In this document: positions 14,557-34,800 of the stretch, piece after piece
How positions within the stretch are numbered: the stretch's first letter is position 1
Layout: each line of letters begins with the position of its first letter
Assembly (NCBI GenBank): GCA_039621445.1
Contig: CP154954.1
Span: forward strand, 40,789,572 to 40,853,571
Direction of reading: 5' to 3'
Length of the DNA stretch: 64,000 bases
From: Euglena gracilis
Lineage: Eukaryota
Notes under the pieces: model-generated
Database searches by the model: none
Told to the model about the DNA's origin: nothing
Seen by the model: the letters and a program-made list of their open reading frames with translations, nothing else
Translations under genes and position numbers: made by a program

Positions 14557-15488
14557 GAGTGTGCACCAAAAAATTTTTTATGTGTATCACATGTTCACCA
14601 AGAGGAATTTTGTGTTCACCTGTTTTCACAAATTTTTATGTTCGCATCTGTTCACCAGGTATTTTTGTGTTCACCAAAAAAGGTGTTGAGAAGAATATCA
14701 AAGTTGTTTTTGTCCCTCGGAAAGGGGATAGGCTTTTGTTCGGGCATGAATGGAAAAATGAGATTTGTTGCACTTTGACCCGGGTCTTGGAAAGAGGAAC
14801 AACTGTGGCAGCATTGCAAGAGCGTTTTTTGCTTGCTTGAGCCCAATACTTTGGGCTGGCAAATGGCACGCCGTCCCGGAATGTGAATAAGAATGTTTGC
14901 GACGTTTCGAAGCAACACTCCAGGCAGAAGATTTTCAAACATTCGCTGGCACATGCTAAGAAAAGCCTTAAAAAAAGCTCAACCCCTCGCGTCATCGTAC
15001 AAGTGGGACCTATCCCCTAATGTTGGTATTTTTTTTCCTGATTCTGGCATTAAACTGGGATATTTTTGGACGTTTCCGGTGCGCGGAGCGTGCCCGGGTG
15101 TAGCCTGTCACAGGGATTTGGGGTTGGGTTTGAGATTTGGGGCAGGTCAGGAATTTTAGGCCAAATAAGGCCGAATTTTCAAAAATTGGACCTAAAATTG
15201 GGCCTTGATTTTCGGGTTTATTCAGGTTGAAAGTGAAGGCGGCCGACATCATAACCCCTATGAGTAACCCCAATTTCTCCTCACTCCGCATACAGAAAAC
15301 CCTGGACAGGTTCTGACAAGTGGAACCGATCACGGTCCCCCCCCTGTCACACATTTGGATCCCGCAGGGGATCAGTTTGAGGCCGCCTTATACTTTTTCT
15401 TTTTTTCTTGTTCACCCAAATTTCTCAGTGTGTTCACCTGTGTTCACCAAAAAAAAATTTGTGTTCACCAGCGTCTTTGTGAACACAG
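14557..15488. mobile_element. Probable MITE with repeated TGTTCACC motifs
   Basis: TA|GAGTGTGCAC ... GTGAACACAG|TA imperfect inverted ends, with TGTTCACC clusters near both ends. Confidence 0.5.
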
Positions 15489-15753
15489 TAAGCGGATGTC
15501 TGGCTGGAACGTGTGCACACCAAGGAGGCTTACAAGCCCTGGAGCCATCCTCCTCCTTTTTTTTCCATTTGAGGAGTTCATAGCTCCAACAGGCAAGTTT
15601 GAAGGTAGTTGCATTTTTTCATCAAATCACTGACCCCAAGGATTGAGTTCCTTCGGATAATTTGATGAAAATGCACTCACTCATCCAACTCAAGTATTCT
15701 CCAAAGGTGTAACTTTGGCCGATTTTCGGCCGACCTCTAATTTCCTGAGTCAT

Positions 15754-16613
15754 GGCACAAAGTGGGGCCCCCATACCCCCCCCCATACCCCATACCCCCC
15801 CATCCCCCCCCCATACCCCCCCATACCCCCCCATACCCCTCCATACCCCCCCCCATACCCCACACCCCATACCCCCCCATACCCCCCCCATACCCCCCCC
15901 ATACCCCCCCCCCATACCCCCCCATACCCCAAAATTTTTTTTGCCCGGAAGCGTTTCTTTTGGCCTCCTGGACCCTTTTGTGGTCAAATCGCGGGACGTA
16001 TGCAACTGTTCGAGTGCCCGGGGGGGGGGCTCCCGCCCCCCCCCCGGACCCCCCCCCGGCAAAAAAAATAACCTCATCCTTGTCTACCGATCTGTTTTTG
16101 TGGTCAAATCGCGCTTTGTGGTCAAATCGCGGGACGTATGCAACTGTTCGAGTGCCCGGGGGGGGGGGGCTCCCGCCCCCCCCCCCCCCGGACCCCCCCC
16201 GGCAAAAAAAATAACCTCATCCTTGTCTTCCGATCTGTTTTTGTGGCCAAATCGCGCTTTGTGGTCAAATTGCGGGATGTATGCAACTGTTCGAGTGACC
16301 GGGGGGGGCTCCCCCCCCGGACCCCCCCGGCAAAAAAAAATAACCTCACCCCTTGTCTACCGATTTTTTTTTGTGGCCAAATCGCGCTTTGTGGTCAAAT
16401 CACGCGACGTATGCAACTGTTCCAGGGGCCATAAACCTCATCAACAACGTCTCCAAACCCTTCCCCCATACCCCACCCATAACCCCATACCCCCCCATAC
16501 CCCCCCCCATACCCCCCCCATACCCCCCCCATACCCCCCCATACCCCCCCATACCCCCCCATACCCCCCCATACCCCCCCCATACCCTAGGTATGGGGGC
16601 CCCACTTTGTGCC
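15754..16613. mobile_element. MITE family B, copy 1
   Basis: Perfect inverted ends GGCACAAAGTGGGGCCCCCATACC / GGTATGGGGGCCCCACTTTGTGCC. Subterminal (C6-8ATA)n arrays and 3-4 internal copies of a ~120-bp unit. Confidence 0.9.
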
Positions 16614-16959
16614 ATATGTGAATTTCCTACTCCCAAAATATAAGTGACCTCTGACTGGACAATATGAAGGAAATGGAATTAAAGCGGCAGAATCAGCAAA
16701 TTCCAAACACAAGCAACCCCCAAATAACCGGTTGCTTCTATTTGGGGGGGTCTACCCCAACTGAATCGGATCGTGGGAATGGATCTGATCTTTGATGCGC
16801 TGCGGCAAGACCGCACTCCATGATTTCTGTCCAACTGTCTCGCAGGACAAGCCTGCAGTCCAAACCTTAAGGACCAGGGATTGGGTGCCTGCGTGTTCCC
16901 ACCCGTCTGTGCTCTTTCCAGGGCCCTTGCCATGCCGTCCTGATGTGACCGGCTCACAT

Positions 16960-25759
<8,800 letters not shown>

Positions 25760-26516
25760 CCCATGGGTGTATGCCAGGGAATTTCTGAAGCCGGACCCCA
25801 CCCTACCCCCAGAGGGGGCAGGGGGAATGGTCCAGCCAGCAAGCCAGCACTTTTTTTCCAGCCATCTCCCAACTGAGCTGAGCTGTGGAGCCCCCTTTAT
25901 TCATGTAAATAAAGTTTGTAGCCCGGACCGAAGAACTTTCGATGCAAAGCATTGAATTTTTTTTTCAAAAAAGGGTCAAATAGCCATCATCATCTGAAAA
26001 TTTTGCTGAAGAAAACCCCAGCTGGATTTGGGCAGTTTTCGCCCCCTTTTCGGGGACCAGCTGGGTGCCACACGGCAGCCATAGGACTCGCCCCCTGGAC
26101 CACTGATCCAGCCAGCCAGTACCTTTGTCCAGCCGGCTGGCTGGACCCTCCTGGGTCCTGAAGCAATTCCCTGGTAGGTGCATGTTTGTAGTCCCTTTGA
26201 TGCAATGTTGCCTGCTGTGGTGTGCGACGGTTCGATGCACGACAGCACAGCACAGTACAGCATGCGGGTTCTTTTTGATTCCTCCTTTTCATCATGTTGC
26301 CTCTTCTGGTCCGTATCGATGGCTGAAGAGATCTGCTCCAGGGGTGAGGTCTGGGAAGGAGGTATTTTTGCCTGAGATATGTGCCCTGTGAGGCAATGCA
26401 CATTTTCCCTCGGACCAATTGAGCATTTGAGGTTTTGGTGAGCAAAAAAAAATTGAATTGAGTTTTCTCCAATGAGTTTATGTTCCGTTTATTTTCCGGA
26501 TAGATGACTAGCTAGC

Positions 26517-26541
26517 TAGATAGACAGACAGATAGACAGGA

Positions 26542-26609
<68 letters not shown>

Positions 26610-26645
26610 GTAGATAACAGATAGATAGATAGAATAGATAGATGG
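26517..26645. repeat. (GACA)n/(GATA)n tetranucleotide microsatellite
   Basis: Directly visible array. Confidence 0.95.
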
Positions 26646-27619
26646 ATGGGTTCTCAATGAACAGATTGTTGAGAAGCATGTTTACACCCTTGAATATTAG
26701 CAAGTGTCGGCTATTTCAGAAGACTGCTGAATGTGCAAGATTTGATTCGTGTGGATTGTATGTGTCTGAGTTTTCATGCATTTTCCCGATTGCCAGTTGC
26801 CCCCGGCACAATCAGAAAGAACCTCTGGGTAGTGTGCATTCTTGGAGGTGCTTAGCCAACCAAAACAACAGTGTTTCTCCATATTTTGTGGTTAGGTTGC
26901 AAACACAAAATTTGTGGTTAGGTTGCATCTGCGGCTTGGGGGGGGGGAGGCAGGGTGGGTGCTGACCCTTGTGATATCCCACGTCATGCGTCAGGTGCCC
27001 CTTTCGTAGGGGGGCGAATGCCCCCCTATGGCCACTCCTGTGGCCAGAAGGGAAAATGGGGGGAGCGAGGGGAAGAAAGAGGGAACCGCTGTGGAGACCA
27101 ACAGCTGAAAATGCGACTCCGATGCCTCTGTCGGGGGGCATGGCGCTTCGTGCGACCGCCCGGGGGATATGGCAGGGGGTCTTCGGGCTCGCCGGCCTAG
27201 GAGGAGCACACCCCCCAGCAACCCAACCCCAAAGGGGAGCCAGCAGAGAGGACCCACCCGCGAGGCAGTGGACCGCCCAAACCAACCCCAGACAGGGCAT
27301 GGAGCGCGGGTACCAGAACGTAAGGAACTACTGGTACCCAGCGGCACACTACCCACCTGCCACCGGCCCTAAGGCCGAGACTTGGTAACCCGGGTTTACC
27401 GAAACCGCGGGACCGTGAGGCCACACTGGAATTTTCAAGTCATGGCGTTGTTCCCGCGCCATGCATCCCCCACACAGAAAAGTGGGAAGAGGGCAGGAGG
27501 CAAGAGCAGCACCGGGGCGCAAGGGTGTAGACCCACCCACAGGAACCACACCAACCACACAAGGTGAGTGTATGTCCCTACAGTGCTGGAATTACACCAG
27601 AGTTGCTCACCCGGCCAGG

Positions 27620-27741
27620 CGGAGCAACAAAAGAGCACTGGTATAAGGGGTCCTTGGCCACTCACCACACAGCAAACTGGGCCAGAAGCGAAGTTAGCGC
27701 CAGCCATAAACAGACGAGAAGCCTTAGTGCAACTAAGGGGG
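27620..27741 (-). repeat. Dispersed ~120-bp repeat; inverted copy at 30599-30717
   Basis: CCCTTAGTTGCAC...GGCGCTAACTTCGCTTCTGGCCCAGTTTG...CCAGTGCTCTT.TGTTGCTCC occurs at both sites. Confidence 0.85.
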
Positions 27742-28122
27742 GCGAATGCCCCGGGAAGCCCTTTGGTATCGAGGCAGGTGGTGGGGAGTCCTGACCCCCC
27801 CCCCTGGGGTCAAGGTGGTCGGGGGGGGGGGGGTCCAGGCTAACCCCCCAGAAGTTGAAGGGGGCTCCGGACCCCCCACCCTCTCCTTGGCGGGTTTTAA
27901 AAAGGCGAATCTTCCGTGTGCAAAAAGGACAAAAAATGCCCCCCCCCCTCACTTAAAAGCATGGTGCACTTTTTTGCTTGCTTTTTTGCTTGATATTTGG
28001 GTATATTCCATTTATGTGTATATATTCTTTTATGGCAGGTGGGAATTTTAGTACCCCCCAGGTGGTACTAAAGTTCACCCCACGATGGCCACCCGGGTAC
28101 CCTGGGGTTAGTGAAGGGCGTA

Positions 28123-28532
28123 ACCCCCCCCCCTAATAGTGCTGCGGGGCCAATAGAGCTGCGGGTCCAAATAGTGCTGCACCCCCTGCCGGATGAAGCG
28201 AGCGTCCAATAGTGCTGCACCCCCCCAAATCACAGCAATGTGAAATGCGTAGAAGCTGGTGCAGCCTACTGCAGGAACCTTTTTTAATCCACAGAGATGG
28301 GAAAGGGGGCAAATTCCCACCCGAGCAACTCACAGAAGTCGTCCGAAGATGAACCACACGACCTCACTGCCTCAGAGAAGGACATTGAGCAGACAAAAAG
28401 GGTGCCTGTGGTGATAGGCCGGGACTAAGAGGCACCCAGTCCAATAGTGCTGCGGGTCCAAATAGTGCTGCACCCCCCCCCGGCGGAGGCGGCCGTCCAA
28501 TAGAGCTGCGGGTGCAATACTATTTGGGGGGT
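28123..28532. mobile_element. MITE with TA flanks
   Basis: TA|ACCCCCC..AATAGTGCTGC ... GCAATACTATTTGGGGGGT|TA, with a repeated internal AATAGTGCTGC motif. Confidence 0.7.
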
Positions 28533-28839
28533 TAGGGTTAGGGTTAGGGTGAGGTCACCCATTTTTGTATTTTTGGATTTGGAGCAATTTTTGAATATTT
28601 TTTTTCATTTTGGCAATTTTTGCTTTTTTTCACTCAGATTTTTTGCGCATTTCTGCACACTTTCCAAACTGCGCATTTTTTTGTGCTTTTTTTGCTCATT
28701 TGTGCTCATTCGAGCCCGGCTGGCGCATTTTCCTCCCTGATCAAGGCTGTATGGAATCTAAGCCCAGCAGCCCAAGGACCATTTCTGTCCCATTGTTGCC
28801 TTCCTGCAGCCCTTAGCATGGTTTTGCCACTCCGCTCAC

Positions 28840-31800
28840 ATGGGTGAGATGGAGGAGCCGGGCGAGATGGGCGACCTCAGCATCGTGGACATCGATGTGG
28901 AAGAGTGTGCCCTTTCTGCTGCATGCCTGGCCCCTCTCCCGCGCCGTTCTGCCCCCGGGGTCGGCAACAACAACCCCCAGGGTTGGGACCCCTCCCTTTT
29001 ACCTTTAACAGCCGAGTCCAGTTGGCCAGTGCTTCGGTGCCTTTTCCAGTGAACAGCTCCTAGGTGGGGCTGCCGACCCCCCAAGGATCCACTGAAATAA
29101 AGCTAGGTCAAGTTCAGTCGAGCTGGGCTGTCCGAAATTTTTCGGTCAAGCCATTGAAAATTTTTGAATCCTTCAGGAAAAAAACTGGTGGCAAAATGGT
29201 ATTTTGAATGTTTTTTTTGTTTCTCCTAAAAAAACTGACTGAATTTTTTTTTACCGCCTGGGACCTATGACTTCTGGGTGGGCCTCTATTGGGGATCTTT
29301 TTTTCTGTTGCAAAGCCCAAAACATTTGGACCCGGAATGGACCCTCAGGGGGTCCCCTCAAAGTTCCCTACTTGGGTGTTTTAAAAAAACCTCTCTTCTG
29401 AGGTGGTTGAGGTTGGGCTGTCGCGGTGGTTGGCCGGCCCCGATCGGCCGCCATCAGCTCTGCCGGAACAACGTCGCCCCCCCCCCCCCCCTCAGGGGCC
29501 CAGCCGACCACGGCCTCGAGGCCCCCCCAGCCCCCGAGGGGCTGGAGCTCAGCGCCCGGTCCAGCAGCAGCCGCGGCGCCGCGGAGCCGGCGGGCCCCCT
29601 CCTCCAGGGCTTCATCAGCCGCGCCGACATCGACATGGAGGCCCCCGGCACGTACCACCCGCTGGACGACGAGTGGTGTGTGGCCGCCCCCTGTCTGGCG
29701 CGGTCCGAAGCGCGGCTGTGCATCCTCTCCGCGGGTTGTGTGGAGCCTTGCCTCCTTGCGGCTCCGATGGCGACCTTGGGCGCCGTCCCTACCTCGTAGT
29801 GTGATTTTGATGTGCGTTTCATGTCGTTGCCAGTCGTTATGTGAACGGTGCAGGCAGAGGTACCAGAAGGGGGATCAACCGGCATTTTGGCACTTCGCTT
29901 TTCGGAGTTTTGCTGGTCGCTGGCGGAGGGGAAGGGACTTATTTGTTGGGGCCAGAATTTTGGCTGAATCAACGCTGCAACCATGTAAATGGGACCCGGC
30001 CCTATCTTCCCTTCCTTGTCGGTTTTAAACAGTTCTTTTTTTGAAGCTCGAATTTTTTCCATAAATCAATATTTTTTGAAACATATGGTCGGCAGACAAG
30101 GGGGGTCTGAAATCTTCATTTCGTAATTTGACGTTGCATATTTTGTCAGGGTTTGATGCAAAACCGTCAGTTTTTGGGAGGGGGTTTTATCGTTCTCCAG
30201 AATTTGAAAACGAGTCGCGAGAAGACAGCCTCGCCGCGCCGCGCCGCGCTGTGCAGGTACACGTACGAAGCCACCAACGGGATGAAGTTCATCCTTCCGA
30301 AGCGATACCGAGTGAAGGAGGAACTGGGTACGGGTGTGACCCCCTGTCTCGGACCTTGCGGCGTGGCGGCCAGGGGGCCTGGGTTGCCCCCACCGCAGCG
30401 TTGCGTCGAGCGTGTGTCTGTGGTGTTTCCTCCCAGTCCTGCTTGCTCAGCCCCCCCCCCGAGGTTTTCAAATGTTGGGTGGCCTGCTTGGAGGGCGCTA
30501 CTCAGAAAATATGACCCACAACCCCGGGGGGGGGGGGAGCCAGCAGCCCCTTTCCAGCCCCGGACCATAGATTTGTTGAACACCTGGGTGGCCCCTTCCC
30601 CCTTAGTTGCACCGAGGCTTGTTGTCTATTTATGGCCGGCGCTAACTTCGCTTCTGGCCCAGTTTGTGTAGTGAGTTGGCCAGGGACCCCTTACACCAGT
30701 GCTCTTGTGTTGCTCCCCCTGGCCCCTCCCCCCCTGGGGGCGGGTGGTTTGGGGACCTGGGACCCCCCTGGGGGGTGCACCAGGTCAGGTTTTTGCCCAG
30801 CCAAAGGCCGGGCCGGAAAAATTTTCCGGCATTTCCCAAAGCGAAAACCCTTTGGGTATCTGGAATAAACAAAACTCATTGATGGGGGGGGTCTGGAGCA
30901 TAGATTAACTTAGTTACCCCCCAGGACACCCACCCACTTTTTCCAAAAACCCACTCACGTGCAACCCCCCCCCCTGGGGGCAACCACCCACCCACCCACC
31001 CAAATTTTCCAGCCATTGAGCTGGACCCCCCCCGGGGGGGGAGCGGTGGTTAAGCAACGCCCTGCCTGCTGGTGTGTGGAATTCCAGATGTTTGCACACG
31101 AACACCCCCACACACACGACATGCGCATCACTTCTTAACGCACCATGCCATGCCGCCTTGCGCTCCCTGCGCGTTGTCCGCCATACAGGGTCGTACGCCG
31201 CGGTGCTCTCCGCGTACGACCACAGCTCGGGGGAGACCATCGCCATCAAGAAGTGCGACCAGCTCTTCCAGCACCCGGAGGACGGGAAGCGCGTGCTGCG
31301 GGAGATCAAGCTGCTGCAGTTCTTCGACCACCCCGGCGAGGCCGCGGTCCACTGTCACCTCGTCCGGACAGCGCCGCTGCCGCTGCCAGCCGTTCATCCC
31401 GGGCCCCACTGTGACAGGCGTGGACCGCCCGGTCAGTGCTGCCAGGGCCGGCAAACTAACCCCAAGCAACTTTGCACTGCCCCCCCCCCCCAAAGCTTTG
31501 TGAACCCAAATGCCTTTGCAGGGGGTAGCGGGCTAACAAGTTCTCCTTTATCCCCCCCCAAGGCATCGGTCCACAGCACCGGGTACCATGGGGGTGGTTC
31601 CCTGGTCAACAGTGCCCAGCAGGCATTCCCATGTCCAAGGCGCTAGGAGCCAGGGAGGCCTAGCTTCTGCCCACTTTCAAAAAGTCCGCCTACGGACCCC
31701 CCGTGGAGTGGGGCCCTCCAAAACCCCACCACAAGGCAATGGAAAAGCCAGAGAAGGGGTGGAAAGCGCAGGTGCAGGAGTTGGGGGGAGGGCAGGTTGT

Positions 31801-34800
31801 AGGCGTTGCGGGGTTTCCACCAGTCTATTCATAAGCCAGAAAATTTTCCGAAATTTTTTGGGAATAAAAGGTTTCAAAAAGCTGGTTTTCTTAAAAAAAG
31901 GTTTTGAAAGGGGGTTCGAAGTTTTATTTATATTTTTCCGGGTATCGAACATCGAAAAGTGTGTCGAAAGCCCATTTCCCCAAGTTTTGGGTGGATCGAC
32001 AGTGCTCCAACGATGCCACATCACCGTTGATGTGGAAATCACTGTTCTTCCCCGAGTTGGCTGGTTTTTTTTTGAGATTTCATTTTTGCTCGGTCCGAAG
32101 ACTTCTGCCAAGCGGATTTCTTTAAAAAAAATTTAAGGCATTTCAAGGCGTGGTTTTCAAAGGTGCCTGAAGAAAAACAGGACCTGGGTCCCACTGCCAG
32201 GGGTGCAGTGAGAGGGGGGTCGGACCGCCGCCTCCCCGCCCAACCTCGTCCGCACGCGGGGGCTGCTGCCGCCCCGGTCGCCGCAGTTCCTTGACGTGTA
32301 CATCCTGACGGAGTTCCTCGATATGGACCTGAAGGAGCTCCTGCTTGTGTATGCCCCCGGAGTGTGGAGTGTGCCGTGGCTGTCTTTATGACAGCTGTCT
32401 GTATGATGAGGCATTTCTTTCTTCTTTTTTTTTTTTTTTTGAAGTTGAAGCTGGCGTCCACAAATTTTTTTTTCAAATTTTTCCAAATTTTTATGCATCA
32501 AAATTAATGCTTGAGTCAGAGGCATCAAGTGGTCGGATTGTTTTTTCTCCCGGCGAATTGCAATGGGAAACGTTGGTTTTTTGATTCAGCATTCCACCAG
32601 GTGTCTCTTTTTGTCTGCATGTTCTTCCGGGCACGGATCCGGTCCCACCCTCCCCTCCAGCGTGGGCCCCCTGGACGAGGACTCGTACCAAAGCATCTTC
32701 TACCAGGTCGCATGCGGCCTGAACTACATCCACTCCGCAGAAGTGATCCATCGGGACCTCGCGTTGGATGCCCCAAACCGGTGGCCAGGGGGGGGGGGGG
32801 GGGGTTGGCCCCTTGTCGAAGACATGGCCACATTCCAACCTTATGCTCTGACACGGAGGTGTTGTTACCCAAGTGTCTTGCCTGGGACAGGGGCGATAGT
32901 GTTGCCATGGGGCCCCCTGGCCTCCCTCCCATATTTGCAGGGAACCAGGAGGGATAGTGTATTGGGTGCCATTGGGTGCCACATCATTTGGTGTCGTATC
33001 ATTTGGTGTCCTGTCATTTGGTTTCACATCATTTGGTGCATATCATTTGCTCCTGTTTACACGGGGATGGAGACCAGCAGTATTTGCACCCAGTTGGATG
33101 GGCATGCTGAGGTGGTTTGGCATGATGAGGTGGCAAACGGGAGCTCCAAGCGGCAAGCCGGACAACATTCTTCTGAACGTCAAAAACAACCAAATCGTCG
33201 CGAAGATCTGCGATTTCAATTTGTCTCGTCAGGTGCGCTGCAGTCACTTTGTGAGTCAGAAGTGGAACCCCTCTAACAATTATCCTATGTGTTTGTTTTC
33301 TTGTGTGGATATCTGTAGAAGACTTTTTTTTTTAAAAAAAAAAAAGGTGGTACCGGCCAGGTGGGTCCAAAGTTGCAATTAATTTCAAAAAGGAAACAGA
33401 GGGAAACAGAAAGAGCAACATATGCAGTTCATACCCCCATATCCAAGCGCCTCCAGCAACAAATCCGGACAAATCCCAACAAATCCCCGCAACACCACCC
33501 AAATTTGAATTGTGCAAAAAAGATGAACAAAGTTTCCCAAGATAGGAATGTTTTTGTTGTACGTCAGTTGCAGTTGAGCAGTGGTAAATACCCCCCACAC
33601 ACACACCAAATAGTATGACCCCCCCCCAAAAGATCCCCCTGCTTATTTTCAGCAAATATCCGAAAAAAATCAGACCCCCAAAATAAGTCCCCCCTCGGGA
33701 TTTTCAGGGGAAATCCAAAAGATAGACCCCCCCTAAAACTGTGAGAATGCCCCCAAAGGGCATTTTCACATCTTTTTTTTGGCATTTTTTTACCTTTGCC
33801 CATTTTGCATGCGATAATATAAGCATTTATAAAATTTTTGTTCATTGCCAATAAATACCCCTTTTTGACCTATTTTGAACCCTCCCGCGGGAATGCTTTT
33901 TTTGGGTCAAATTCTTCAGCAAAGATCCAAAAGTAGACCCCCAAACATACGATTTTCAGCAATGGACTCAAAAAGTTGACCGGGGTCTTATTTTGGGGAG
34001 GGGGGGTAGTTTATGGCAAATGTTGGCACGAGAGTGGCACGTTTCAATAAATTTGACCAATGAGTATGGCAACTGATCTTTGACCAGGGTATTGGGGATT
34101 GTGGGACCCCCCCTCCAAAGGGGGAGGGGACCTCCCCCCCCCAAGACCCCCCCAGAGGGGGTCCAAGGACCCCCTGGAAACCAAAAGGTTTCTTTCCTGG
34201 GGCTTTTGAGTCAAAGGTTTTTTTGTTGTGTTTTTGTCGATTCATCAGAAATCACCTGAAAATCACCTGAAAGCACAGTTTTTGGGCATTTGTTCATTGA
34301 AACCCCCCGCAGAAATTTATGGCATTTCGCACCGTATTTTCCTCCAAGGATTGAGGAGTCAACCCCCACCCCAGGGGGAGGGGGATCCGGGATCACCTCC
34401 CCTCGTTTAATACCCTGTCTCTGACCCTCTATGCTCGTTGTTGATGATTTTGAAATGTGCCCATCCTCCTGACAACGTACTACTTGCCAACAATGGTGTT
34501 CACCCGATGACCAGGGATGCCCCATACCATTTGTCCCCGCTCCTTTGTTCACAAGTTTTTCACTGTCAGTCACAGACTCATTTGTGCTTTACATGAAGTA
34601 ATTTCAAAGCTGAGATGTGTGCAAAATTGTGTCATTGTGTTCTTCAAAGGCACCCTTGCTCCTCATCATTCCCAACTTGTCATATGCATTTTGTCTTCAC
34701 ATTTTCCACCTGAAATGTCGCCGAGTGCTGCCGCTTGTCCAATGACCCCGCCCGTTGGAGATGGTTTTGACCGTTTAAACTACTATCCAGTGGTCATTGG

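Noticed and set aside
15970-16425. Regularly spaced ~120-bp repeats as a CRISPR or ncRNA array
   Set aside because: Whole units are duplicated with no unique spacers, and they lie inside a TIR-bounded element.
28532-28549. (TTAGGG)3 as a true telomere
   Set aside because: Only three units, internal to the window and just upstream of a gene.
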